Positions 17,070-32,199 of a DNA stretch of 64,000 nucleotides are shown here, piece by piece; position 1 is the stretch's first letter; every line of letters begins with the position of its first letter. The stretch comes from the human T2T-CHM13v2.0 reference genome, Homo sapiens. Both the position numbers and the translations under genes were made by a program. The notes below the pieces were generated by a model. The model saw only the letters and a list, made by a program, of their open reading frames with translations, was not told where the DNA came from and ran no database searches. The stretch is taken from assembly GCF_009914755.1 (NCBI RefSeq), contig NC_060935.1. One strand, 5' to 3'.

Positions 17070-17245
17070 GCAAATATTTACGACCCTTTGCTCTGTGCAA
17101 GATGCTGTGCTAAGAACTCCACCTACATTGTATGGTTGAATTCCCTCAACAGCCCAGGAGGCACATATATTATTATCCCTATTCTAGAGATGGAGAAACT
17201 GAGACTCGAAGAGGTCAAAGTTCTTGCCCAAGGCCACATGGAGCC
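17070..17245 (-). mobile_element. MIR
   Basis: gatggagaaactgagactcgaagaggtcaaagttcttgcccaaggccaca. Confidence 0.8.
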
Positions 17246-17699
17246 CAAATGCTTATCCACCAGGCCATGCCGCAGCCCATGGTCCAAAGTGCCCATAAGA
17301 ACTCTGCCATCATTCACTGTTTGATGATCATTCAACCACTGGACAAACCCAGCTCGGTCTTTTGAAGGGCTGATCGGTATCACAGACTATGGCAAAAGTA
17401 GAAATAAGTAGAATATAAAAAGAATAGATTTCTCAGCGTTCCTTAAATTGTCATTAAAGATTAGAGGGCTCCTAGGAAATGGGGCACATGAAGACGGTGT
17501 CCTGAGGCCACCCTTTCCGGAAGTCTGTGGTGGGGCCCTTGTGGCAGGGAGAGACGAGCACCCACGTTATTTGTCAAGTACCCAGAGCCTGGAGTGCGAG
17601 GTCCACCCTCACCTCTCAGGGAGTGCAGCCTGAGAAGTCCCTCATCCTGTCTAAGCCAGTGCTTCCTTCTCTGTAAAAAGGAGGTAGTACTCATCATAA

Positions 17700-18125
17700 G
17701 TTGCACTGTGGCCCCTAAAAGCTATGTCCACATCCTGACCCCTGGTACCTGCAATGTGACCTTATTTGGAAAAAAGACCTTTGCAGTGAAGTGAAGGCTC
17801 TTAAGAGATGAGATCATCCAGGCTTAACAGGGTGGGCCCTAAATCCCCCAACAAGTGTCCTAGGAAGAGGAAAAACGAGGGGGAGGCCATGTGAAGAGGA
17901 GGCAGAAGTGAGAGTCATGAGTCCACAAGCCACAGAATGCCAGGAATTGTCGCCAGCCACAAGAAGTCAGGAGAGAGGCCTGGAGGAGATTCCTTCCTGG
18001 AGCTTCCAGTAGGAACCCTCCCTGCAGACACCTTAATTTCAGGTTTCTGGGCAGCAGAACTGTGAAAGAAGAAATTCCTGCAGCTTTAAGCCTGCAGGCT
18101 TGTGGTCATCTGTTAGGACAGCCCC
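17700..18125 (+). mobile_element. MaLR LTR (MLT1C/D-like)
   Basis: tgtgaccttatttggaaa...gggccctaaatcc...gcagaactgtga. Confidence 0.85.
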
Positions 18126-18514
18126 AGGACACTCACAGCCACCCAGGACTCAAATGTGCACCTCATACAGTGCAGACTCACGTCGGAGCAGGTGTAGACT
18201 CATGTTGGAGCATGTGGTCCACCTGCCCTGGTAGGCTATTGACTGTCTCTACCCAAAACCTTCCAAATGTGCAGGTCTTCCCTTTGATTTAGAACTTCCC
18301 CCTCTAGGAATTTATCCTAAGGAAATGAGCAGACGGATGTGCAAAGATGCATGTACAAGATCACATGGTGGGATTATTTAAAATAGAAAAAAGGGGAAAA
18401 TGGCTCCAATACACTGGTTAAATATGTTTGGATATATCTATTTCGGGGAAAACTATGAATCCATGTAAAGTGATCAAGTAGATGGATTTTTTTGACATGC
18501 AGAGATGTTCATTT

Positions 18515-18517
<3 letters not shown>

Positions 18518-18553
<36 letters not shown>
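18518..18553. repeat. (AT)n microsatellite at Alu tail
   Basis: About 18 AT units. Confidence 0.95.
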
Positions 18554-18858
<305 letters not shown>

Positions 18859-18879
18859 ATTGTATATTATTAAGTAAAT

Positions 18880-20700
<1,821 letters not shown>

Positions 20701-20909
20701 GCATATTGAATTATCTCACTTTTTAAAGGAAATATGTATCTTTCTGCATAGAACCTGGACTCCAAGCCCCCATGTAAAGGCAGCCCATCTCTGTGTGCTG
20801 TGATTCCAGTTGGCTGTCCTTCTGCTCACTTTATTTTCTGATCTTTTGAGACAAACAAGGGCTACTTGGGTAGTAATTTTGTGTTGATTGACTTTGTAAA
20901 ATGTTTGAA

Positions 20910-21207
<298 letters not shown>

Positions 21208-21884
21208 AAATGTTTGAAGTTTTATAAGTTTATCCAATGCATGCATGCATAAAATTTGAAGAATCAAATATTCTGACTGGTGAAAGTTCTTGAGAGCAGG
21301 AAGGACAGCGGCCACACACCTGGCCCTTAGGGTAGGACTTGCACCCTGGAGACTGGAGACCCCAGACCCGGTGTTGTGGTCCCAGACTGAGCTGTTTCCA
21401 GCTGCAGCGCCCCCATCCGTGGCCCCAGGCTGCCCAAGGGTTTGTGCAGCTCTTGGAAATGTCAGGAATGTCCACCCGTACTTGCAACCTGTGGGTCATG
21501 CAGCTGGTATTTCCTCAGCCCTTCCTCGAGGGCCCCTCCATGCCCTCCGATTGCAACCCCAGCCCTGGAGGTGGCTGGCATGTCCTCCTGGCAGACTTTG
21601 CCCATCACATAACCACCCTCGCTTGGCCATCATGGGCTACACCTGGTCACGTCACGAAATACTCCACACAAAGAGGTCTCAGTGCAGGGAACAGGCCCCA
21701 CTTGTTCAGACAGACAAACTCAGTGAGGACAGTGGGGTCAACAGTTTCAGCGGCTGAAACTGTTTCCGGCTGGGTCTTCTAGTGCCCAACATCAAAGGTG
21801 CCTGCAGAGCAACTCACATTGGCTAAGAGCAAACAAAGAACTCAGACTCGAGAAAGGGGGATTTCATCCAAGCACTATAGACTG

Positions 21885-22588
21885 GTGTGTGTGTGCACTG
21901 TGTATGGAAACCTGTGTTTGTGTGTGTGTGCACTGCATGTGGAAACCTGTGTGTGTGTGTACACTGCGTATGGAAATCCGTGTGCGTGTACTGCATACGG
22001 AAACCTGTGTTTGTGTGTGCACTGCATATGGAAACCTGTGTTTGTGTGTGTGTGCACCGCATATGGAAACCTGTGTTTGTGTGTGTGTGCACCGCATATG
22101 GAAACCTGTGTTTGTGTGTGTGTGCACTGCATGTGGAAACCTGTGTTTGTGTGTGTGTGCACTGCATATGGAAACCTGTGTGTGTGTGCCCTGAGTATGG
22201 AAACCTGTGTGTGTGTGTGCACTGCATATAGAAACCTGTTTTGTGTGTGTGTGCACTGCATGTGGCAACCTGTGTGTGTGTGCACTGCGTATGGAAACCT
22301 GTGTGTGCACTGCATGTGGAAACCTGTCTGTGTGTGTGCACTGTGTATGGAAACCTGTGTGTGTGTGTTCACTGTGTATGGAAATCTCTGTGTGTGTGTG
22401 TGTGTGTGTGTGCACTGCATATGGAAATCTCTGTGTGTGTGTGTGTGTGTGTGCACTGCGTGTGGAAACCTGTGTGTGTGTGCACTGTGTATGGAAACCT
22501 CTGTGTGTGTGTGCACACTTCATATGGAAACCTGTGTGTGTGTGTGCACTGCATGTGGAAAACTGTGTGTGTGTGTCTGTGTGTGTGT
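21885..22588 (+). repeat. Compound minisatellite [(TG)n-CACTGCATATGGAAACC], about 21 units
   Basis: Constant ~17-bp core alternating with variable-length TG runs. Confidence 0.95.
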
Positions 22589-22764
22589 AATTGCTTTATT
22601 TTGAAAACTATTTCTGGGATATTTTTCATGCTCCATGGTGTGTCTATCCCCACTTCTCCCCGCTGCAGAGAGGACAAAACAAAGATGGACGCATGGAAGA
22701 ACACCTCATAAACTATTGTAGTCACATAAAACTTAATACACCATTCCCTCTGATTCTTCAAAGC

Positions 22765-22985
22765 AGTGGTTCTAACTGGGGGGTGGTTTCGCCCTCCAGG
22801 GGATCTTCAGCTGTATCTGGAGATGTTTTTGGTTGTCCCAATCTTGTGGTTAGGTTGACACTGGCATCCAGCGGTGGGGAAGCCAGGAGGCTGCAGAGCC
22901 CCCCAGCCCCGCCAGGCACTGGACCGTCCCCTCTACCAAGAATCATCAGCCCCAAATGCCAGCAGTGTGCATGCTGAAAAACCCG
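22765..22985 (+). mobile_element. MER20 hAT-Charlie element
   Basis: cagtggttctaactggggg...tctggagatgtttttggttgtc...ccccaaatgccagcagtg...gaaaaaccc. Confidence 0.85.
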
Positions 22986-24744
22986 TTTCTGAGACTTCGT
23001 GATCCCAGCTTCTGTGGTCCTAGGGTTAGCGTTTATTTTTGCTGTTAGTTTTCAATAAGGCCCTGAGCGCCACACACACAGGCTCCCTGTGGGCGCAAAT
23101 GTGCACCTTCCCCACTCTCCTGTGGCCTTGGGAGCCAGTTCTGGGCAAAGCCAAGGAAGTAGCCACCCTTCGGTGGGGCTCCCAGGAAAAGGAAGGCACC
23201 ACTGGCTTAGCCTGTAACCCCTGTCTCTGTCCCCTTCTTCTTGCCTGGGCAGGGACGGGTTATGGGCATTGTCTTGGAACCCTGAGGACACGCTGATGTG
23301 GAAATGGCTTTGAACACCATCCACAGGCCAACAGCTCTCACCTCGCACCTCCCTCCTAGCCCTCCCTTCCCACATGCCAGTTGGCGTCTCCCCATATACG
23401 ATCCACGGACAGGCCTCCCGATCCTCCCCTGCAAATCTGCTTCGCCCACACCCTCCTCTGACCCATCTGGCGGCAGCTTCTGCACATGCACCAGGATTGT
23501 TGAATCCACGGTCTACTGGTCTACTCCTCCCCTTGAGTAGGGCTCAGGGCCCCCAGTGGAGGCAGGCTGGAAGACACGGCCCCTCTGTAATGCCCTTGCT
23601 GTGACAACCTGCTCCAATGTCCCAGAGAGTCTTTTCCAGCCCTTCTTGGGGGCCCTGGGCTTTGGGCTTGCCTCCTGCCTTTTGGAGGGATGTGAGAGAG
23701 CAGGGGCTGCCAGGAAGTCACGTCTTACATTCCTGCTGTGGGTTAGGGGATGCTGTAGGACAGGACGGAGGGCCAGGTCCAGGCCTAGGCAGGACCGTGG
23801 CCATCTATCCATCTATCTCCTGCTCTCAGAGGGGATGCCTGGGGCAGGATCCTGGTCAACCTATCAGTACAGAGATAGCCAGAGAATTCTGACTCTCCTC
23901 GCCTGCCTCATCTCCCCTTGCCAGACTCTAAGGACAGTTGCCCAGGACTCCAGAGCTGAGTAGCTGGAGATAAGCACGTGGTCCTGCCAGCTCCTAGTTT
24001 AAAGTGCTGCTTCTCTTTAATTCAGGGGCATCTGCACCTCAGGAAACCCACCTGTGTGCATTCTCTCATTCCTGGGGGGATCCCATCCTCACTTCCCACC
24101 AACCGCCCACTCAAAAAACACCTTTTCAGCCTTTTTTCCAGTTACTGCTAATGCCCAAGGGGCACTCCCAGTGGGCACCCCCAGAGGCTGTGTGTTTTCC
24201 ATTTCCTCCACTGGGCTCTCAACGATCCCATTTCACATGTGCCTGTGGGAAGTGGGAGTTTCTGTGGCAATATCGTGATGACTAGACCCCAGTTCCCTAT
24301 GAGAATCAGTCCACTGTCACGGAGTTCGGTGGCCTTGAAGCCAAAGAATTGGTCAAAACCCAACAGAGTATCTACTCTCATGTCCCGAGGCCCTGTGACT
24401 AGTGGACCAGGAGAATTTGCAACCTTTAAACCAGCTCAGCTGAGATCCCGGTGAAGGTGCAAATTACTTACAAAAGCAATGCTCTTGGGGATTCCTGGGT
24501 TTGGTCATCGGGATCCACAGGTTCATGGGGCTGCAACTTAGACAGTTGGGTTTCCCAGACCCCTCCTGATCCTCAGTGCAAAATGTGCTCCTTGGATAGC
24601 AAATGTGCTTTTTCAATCTGACTTAGCAAGCTTAAGGATTATTCTGTAGTCAGCCTCCAACAGCCACAGCCAGGCTTATTTTGCAAAGTTGGGCCAAAGG
24701 CTTCTGCCACATGGGAACCCCATTCCTATACTGAACATAAGGAC

Positions 24745-24885
24745 TTTCAGGGCAGCAATGAAAATGCAAGTTCCTGGGCTGCCCCAGCAGTTCTGATTCA
24801 TTGAGTCTGAGCAGGGGTCATGAATTTGTGTTTTTAACCAGCTTTTCATATGATGTTGACCCAAGAGGTCTGAGGAACTCTGCTC
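24745..24885. mobile_element. MER5A-like fragment
   Basis: aaaatgcaagttcctgggc...tctgattca...gaatttgtgtttttaac. Confidence 0.7.
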
Positions 24886-25229
24886 TAAGAAAAAAGGTCT
24901 AGTGATTTTTTGAGGATGATCATCTTTAAACAAACCACGTTCCCAAAAGACCTGCCTTTACGGATGGTGAGTACAACTTCTTGCTTGTGTTGAGAGTTTT
25001 GGCTGTGGGTCTGAGCCAAAGAAACAACAAATAATGAGGACCTTTCATGTTGTGTGATCAACTTCCAAAATTTCATAACGCTTTTGCAAACCAGATATTT
25101 GATGCCAAGGACTTTACCTGCCTCTTACCGAAGAAAACAAAAATATAGGGATGTTGGTGGTCTTGTACAAAGACTCACACCCAGAAAATCCTTCATCCAG
25201 GAATAAGAACCATTATGGGAGTGGAAATA

Positions 25230-25680
25230 ACTTGATTGGGGTGTATGTTATATATCATATAATTCACTGGTTTTGAGTGTGCCAGTGAATGATGTCTTTG
25301 TAAATTTACCAAGCGGTGCGATCATCAACATATAGCTGCAGGGCCATTCATCACCCCAAGAAGGTTCCTCCTGCTCCTCACTGGTAATTCCCACTGTACC
25401 CACTCCACCTCCCACCCCTGCCTAGCCAACCACTGAGCTCCTTTTTGCCCCTATAGATTTACCTTTTCTGGACATTTCATCTGAATGGAATCACGCAACG
25501 TGTGGTCTCTTGTGGTGGGCTTTTCTCTCTTGGGCAAAATGTTTTCTATCCATCCTGCTGTGGCATGCAGCCTTAGTTTGTTCCCCTCAATTGCTGAACA
25601 GCATTCCTCTATGTGGGTGGACGGCACTGTGTTTATCCATTCACTTGATGATGGACATTTAGGTTGCTTTTAATTTTTGA
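25230..25680 (-). mobile_element. L1MB/ME-type 3' end
   Basis: ttttctggacatttcatctgaatggaatca...gatggacatttaggttg. Confidence 0.75.
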
Positions 25681-25889
25681 AAACACCCCTTTTGAAATAC
25701 CACAATCTGGCTGCTTCTCGGAAGAGATGTCACACTTGGACGTCCTGTCCAGGTGGATAGATGGGTGGGGGGTGGGGCGCTGTTGGAAGTGCTGCAGTGG
25801 GTCACATCTTCCGGGCTCTCCTGTCTACCCAAGGGGCAGCCATCAGCACGTGGGGACGTCAGACCTGGCACAAGGCACATGTGGCCTGG

Positions 25890-26250
25890 GTGAGACCAGG
25901 CTCTCTGGACACCAAGCCCAAAGTAGAGTTGTGGAGTGCGGGCTCCTGGGGAAGCTGCTGGGAGGGATCAGCAGGGTGAGGCAAGAGGAGGAACTGGGCC
26001 TGGCTCTGGCCTCAGCAAAAGGCTGCCCCTAGCCCAATGCTCAGGGCAGCTCAGGGGCATGAGTCCCACTGCACCACTGGCGCCGAGGCTGGGCCAGCCT
26101 TTGATCCACTTCCAGCAGTCACCGGTGTGGGCTGCCCCTTGAGGTGGGGTGTTCCATAACTGCCTGGGCAGCAAGATCGGGGGCTCCCAAGAGCACCCAC
26201 CAGGTGCCATTGACAGCCAAGACCCTCAGCAACTGGGAGGTGGATGCCCT
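25890..26250 (-). mobile_element. LTR16-like ERVL LTR (degraded)
   Basis: Weak resemblance to the reverse LTR16 3' end and downstream body. Confidence 0.4.
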
Positions 26251-28689
26251 CACTCAAAAAGGGGATCTGGGCAGGCACCAATGGTGTTTGTTACATACTC
26301 ACACAAGCTCTGGTCCCCATGAACCCAGCAGCAACATCAGCTCGCTCCTGCCAGCTCTCCAACCTCCTGCTGCCTGGGCTGGGACCCCCAAGACAATGAG
26401 CTTGTCCCCACCTCAGGGCCCCCACACATGCTGCTGTCTCTTCTCCCATTGCACGCTTTGCCACCTGGTCCTCCCAAATATACACAGCACACGTGTGTGT
26501 GCATGCAGGTCTCCAGGGTGGGGGGCTCAGGAAAAGGTGGGACCACCCTGCCAGCGGCCTCCAAGTAGCTCTGACTTCAAGATCTGTCTCACAAACGGTT
26601 TAGGAAAGGTCAACCATGCCCAAGGTGCCTGCTCATGCTGTACTGAAATCCAGTCCTGTGTGCAAACACAGAAGTGAAGGCAATCGCAGGTCAGGGAGGG
26701 AAGAGATATTGGGAAGACACACTGGAGTGCCGTAGCCACACTGAGGCAGGCCTGGACCACACCTTCCATGGATATTAGAGGGCTTCCTGGAGGAGGTATC
26801 AGTTGAGGAGACCCTAGGAAGGTAGGACTCAGTCCAGTGATGAAGAGGAGCCATGAAATCCAAGGGGGAGAAATTGGCACCCAAGGTGAGGCAGCAGAAG
26901 AGGTCTTGCTCAGTTAGGTGCCCACAACTGGCTGGAGTTCAGGCTGAGGGCGGGGGACTAAGGGTGAGGCTAAAAATGGGGTCAGGAAGGGCCTTCTGTG
27001 TTTGAGTTTTAGCTCAAGGCCCTTGAAAAGCAAAGAAAGACTTGACCACATTGGTTATGATCTGCTCACCAGCCTTATTTTTCCTATGGAATTTGACACT
27101 TATCATCCATGTGGCTTTCACTGGGTGACTCTGAGGGTCCTGGGAGGACTCCAACCATCAGAACTCTACTTGTACTCTATGTCGCTTCTTTGAGTCTTCC
27201 AGTCTTAAGCTGGGCACACCCCTGAGATGCTTATGGATGCGACCATCTTGTTAATTAAGACTTTAACTTCTGAAGAATGCAGAAAAGGGTAGCTACACAT
27301 TAAAATTGTTCTCTGCAGTATCCAACGAAGGAATACTGGAAGGAATGCAATATGTTTTTACTGTTTTAGGCTGCCAAGCTCTTGCATGCAAAGGCTCTGG
27401 CATCCAACAGCGATTCACAGTCTTTTCTCCTTCAAATACTCTGTGTTTGCCAGGTAATAAGCCAGCTCTTTGGTACTAGGGCCAGGCAGCAAAGTCCTGG
27501 GTCCTAACCGGGCTGGTATCTGCACTTGGGAGGAAGGGAAAAAATAATCCATGCATTTCCCGTTGGCTTAGGAGAGCAGCACCACCTGCCTGGATCAGGG
27601 GTCCCTTGGTAGCTGAGTTCACTGAGACAGAAGCCACCACCAGCCCTGGAAAGGTGACTGATAAGAAGCTTTCAGAGCACCATGGGGAGAATGCAGGGGC
27701 CGGGAACGAGGCCCACGGCTCTGCCGCGCTTGGAAAGAGTAAAGATGTTATGGAAATTCAACTATAAGGTCTAGAAAAACCCACTGGAGAGCTTTAGGTG
27801 GTTTTGACTGAAATTTCAACCGTGTGTGCCTCCCTCTGTTAATGTGAGTCTGGGGGCTTCCTGGCTGAGCAGCTCAAGGGTGGATTCCCCAGCCAAGCCC
27901 AGCCAAGCCTAGCCCAGCCCAGCCCAGAGACAGGGAGGTGGCAGGTCCACAAAGCCAACGGGCCATGCTCCGGCCCAGCTCTGTTCCCAGGGCCCTACTC
28001 CTGGCTGTACCTGTTGCTGAGGCCTGGGAGTCTGGCTTTTCCCCATCACCCCAGGCCTCATCAAGTCTGCCCCAGCACCGAGGTGGCAGAAGTGCAGTGC
28101 ATTCAGATGCTGAGAACCACGTGGCTGGAGGGAGGCCTTGCCCCCACCCTCCCTCCCACCATCCACTCAGGGTCCGGCTGTCCTGTGTCACCCCCAGGTG
28201 TCCCCGACTCCCTGCAACTCTCCCTTCACCCGGCTTGAGCCTACGGCTTCCTGCCCCCACTATCCCATCACCTGCTTTTGCTCCCGTCTGCACCTACCTT
28301 GTCCCCCAAGCCAACAGCCTCATGTCTCATCATCAAGACCACCGAGGCCCAGGGAAGTCAGAGGTAGGCCAGGGTCGCAGAGCGAGGGCGAGAACTCAGG
28401 GCCTCCTTCACCAGCCTGGGCGCCCTGCCTCTTCCCACCAAGCTGCGGGTCCAGGCCATTTCTACAGGGAGAGACGCTCATTGCTCTGTGTGTCCCCCCT
28501 GGACCTTGGTCAGACCAAAGCCACTTGAAGTTGGGGACAGCCTTGGAGGTGTTTATATTCCTCAGGGGTGTGAGGCAGTGGGTGCGGCTAGGACATTGGG
28601 GGCACCCTATCAAGACTGACAGCCTGGTGGGGGCTGGGTCTCCGTGGTTTCTTTACTCAAGTCCTGAAGAGTTGATGCTTTCAATCACC

Positions 28690-29120
28690 TGTCTCTCCCT
28701 CTCCATCTCTCTCTGTGTCTCTCTGTTGTTGTCTCTCTCTGTCTCTGTCTCCCTGTCTCTCTCTACTGCTATCCCAATGTGTCTCTTGCTGTCTCCCCCT
28801 CTGTCTCTCTCTGTCTCCCCGTGTCCCACGTCTCTCTCTCTGTGTCTTTCTCTTGTGTCTCTTTGTCCTTGTTTCTCTCTCTGTTTCTTTCTGCCTCTCC
28901 CTCTCTGACTCCATCTTCCCCTCTCTGTCTCTCTCTGCCCTTCTGTCTCCCTCTCTCTGTGTGTCTCTCTCTGTGTCTCCCTCCTGTGTCTCTTTGCCCT
29001 TGTCTCTGTCTCCTTCTGTCTCTCTCTGTCTCCCTCTTTCTGTCTGTCTCCATCTCCCTCTTTCTGTCTCTCTCTACTGTCTCCCTGTCCCTATGTCTCT
29101 CTCCCTTTCTCTCTCCCCAC
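28690..29120 (+). repeat. CT-rich low-complexity tract ((CTCTGT)n-like)
   Basis: About 430 bp of near-pure C/T interspersed with G. Confidence 0.95.
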
Positions 29121-30581
29121 ACTGACTGAGCTTTGAGACCTTCCTCCAGCCTGTCCCTCTTCCAGGACGGCTGCCCAAAGGTCTCTGAGATATGTGGGAT
29201 GGACCCACACCCCCCGGAGGGTTCCCAGGCCCAGGAGAAGTGGTGGTGGTGGAGGTGGAAGGAATTTAGAACGCCCAAGGCGTTAAGCGGCGGGAGATAC
29301 TGACTCTTGTGGGCTTTAGTGTCTTTGTCCGCCTGGTTTTCAGGTATTCCAGAGGTAGAAAGGTCACTTGTATGAGCACACAGAATCGCTTCGGCTGAGC
29401 GGGCAGTGTCTGGCCAGCTGTGGGGCTGTCCTGGGAGGGCAGTGGGCTCGTGGTCTGCCCAGGCCAAGCTCTCCTGGATGCGTGACCCTGGGTCAGTCAC
29501 CACACACTTCCAGCCTGTTTCCTCCAGGGACCCTTCCAGCTCCTCTGTGCTTCTTATCAGTGCCAGGCTGGTTGCGGGGGGTGGGGAGGCCCAAGCACAT
29601 TCCTTCCCCTTTTCAGACTGGAGCAGGGCAGGTTGCACATCTGTGAGCTCCAGAGCAGAGGACCCAGCCCTACCTGTGAACCTTTCAAGATGCACACCTG
29701 ACCCGGTGACTTTGGGCAGAGCCTGGCTGGCCAAGGTACCCTGACTCTGACCTTAGCCAGGACAGGGCTGCCCTCCCAGCCCGGCCATCTCCGGGTATTT
29801 GCAGTTGGCCCCAAGAGGAACTGGAGAGAGACTGATTGCAGAACAGCCTAAATCCATTCACTGCTTGCAAAGCAAACCCAAGCTCTTTCCTTCCTGCTGG
29901 TGGGACAGTGGCAGAATCTTAGAAGAATGGGGCCACCGAGTGTGGGGTTCAGGGCACAGTAATGAGACTGGCCTGGGTCCAGCACATGAGAGCTCACTCT
30001 GCAAAGAAGTCCGATTAGAGATCCCGATGCCAAGCCTGGCTCAGAGCAATTTGGGCACTGCTCATGGGATACTTAGCCATGCTAGGAAATTCTTCCCGTG
30101 ACTTTATTATCACACATCAAAAGTGGCTCCCCCACCCAGCCGCATAACCTTCTCTGCACAGAGCTGCATACCTCCTGCTGATCAGTCCTAAAAGCAGTGA
30201 CCACCTCTGAAGAGTGTGCTCAGGACGTACACCCTGTATAAGGCTGCCTCGTTGTCCCAGAATCTACCCTCGGAAAAGAGAGACCCCCCTTATAAAGGAG
30301 TCCTTACCAGATCGCTCATGTTATAGGTCTCCCTCTCGATATTTTGTTTTATATTTAATAGACAATTTTTTAGCCGTTTTAGGTTTACAGAAAAATTGAG
30401 CAGAAAGTACAGAGAATTCCCGTCTACTCCCTCATCCCTCCTCCAGCTTTCCCTATCACTAACATCTTGCATTGATTTGGTACATTTGCTGCAAGTGATG
30501 AACCAACCGCAGTACATTATTATTTGCTAGAGTCCACAGTTTACAGTAGGGTTCACTCTTGGGGTCATGCATTCTGTGGGG

Positions 30582-30893
30582 TTTTTTTTTAATTTTTGAT
30601 TTTATTTTTTTTGAGATGGAGTCTTGCTCTGTCTCCCAGACTGGATTGCGTGGCACGATCTTGGCTCACTGCAACCTCTGCCTCTTGGGTTCAAGTGATT
30701 CTCCTGCCTCAGCCTCCTGAGTACCTGGGATTACAGGCACCTGCCACCATGCCCAGCTAATGTTTGTATTTTTAGTAGAGATGGGGTTTCACCATGTTGG
30801 TCAGGCTGGTCTCAAACTCCTGACCTCAGGTGATCCACTTGCCTTGGCCTCCCAAATTGCCAGGATTACAGGTGTAAGGCACTGTGCCTGGCC
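30582..30893 (-). mobile_element. Alu (AluSx-like)
   Basis: Antisense dimer. Confidence 0.95.
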
Positions 30894-30956
30894 GGTTTTG
30901 TGAGTTATGACGGTAGTACAATGACATGTATCCATCTTTACTGTGTCATATGCAAT

Positions 30957-31020
30957 ACAGTCAGCCCTCTGTATCCGCAGGTTCTTCATCCACCAATTCA
31001 ACCAAGCACAGATTGGAAAT
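30957..31020. mobile_element. Tigger-family (MER8-like) terminal fragment
   Basis: ta|cagtcagccctctgtatccgcaggttc...attcaaccaa. Confidence 0.55.
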
Positions 31021-31244
31021 GAGAATTTGTGTTCTCTAAGTCCCCTGCGCTCCACCTATTCATTCCTTCCTCCCCCGAGCCCCTGGCAACCACCCGTCAT
31101 CTTACTGTCTCCATAGTTTTGCCTTTCCTGGAGTTACAGAGTTGCAATCACACAGTGTGCAGTCTTTTCAGATTGTCTTCTTTCACCTGGTAAGATACAT
31201 TTACAGTTCTACTGCATCTTTCACGGCTTGACAGCTCATTGCTA

Positions 31245-31537
31245 TTTTTTTTTTTTTTTGAGACGAAGTTTCACTCTGGTTGCCCAGGCTGTAGTACAAT
31301 GGCACAATTTTGGCTCACTGCAACCTCCACCTCACGGGTTCAAGTGATTCTCCTGCCTCAGCCTCCTGAGTAGCTGGGATTACAGGCATGTGCCATCACA
31401 CTCAGCTAATTTTGTTTTTTCAGTAGAGATGGGGTTTCTCCATGTTGGTCGGGCTGGTCTCGAACCCCCGACCTCAGGTGATCCGCCTGCCTCGGCCTCC
31501 CAAAGCGCTGGGATTACAGGTGTGAGCCATTGAGCCA
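31245..31537 (-). mobile_element. Alu (AluSp-like)
   Basis: Antisense dimer. Confidence 0.95.
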
Positions 31538-31857
31538 ACAGTTCATTTGTCTCTTCACCTACTGAAAGACATCTGGGTTGCTTCCGAGTGTTGGCAATCA
31601 TGCATAAGCGACTTTAAACATCTGTGTGCAGGTTTTGTGTAGACATAAGTTGTCAACTCCTTTGGGTAAATACCAAAGAGCATGATAGCTGGATCACATG
31701 AAAAGAGTGTGTTTAGTTTCATAAGAAACCACCAAACTGGTTTCCAAAGTGGCTGCACCATTTTGCATTCTCAGCAGCAGTGATGAGAGTTCCTGTTGCT
31801 CCACATCCTTGCCAGCATTTGGTGTTTTCGATTTCGGCCACCCTATTAGGTATCTAG

Positions 31858-32148
<291 letters not shown>

Positions 32149-32199
32149 TAAAAAAAGAAACATGGTTGGAAGATGTTGGGTAAAGAACTAGTTACCTGC

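Noticed and set aside
21798-22761. Many overlapping Cys/Val- or His/Thr-rich ORFs
   Set aside because: Translations of the TG minisatellite, open in nearly all frames; not metallothionein or zinc-finger genes.
23460-23477. CTCF-like site (CCGCCAGATGGG, minus strand)
   Set aside because: Mismatch at a highly conserved core position; single weak hit.
28138-29734. 256-aa and 321-aa ORFs
   Set aside because: Their length comes from the stop-poor CT tract and GC-rich flanks; no recognisable domain.
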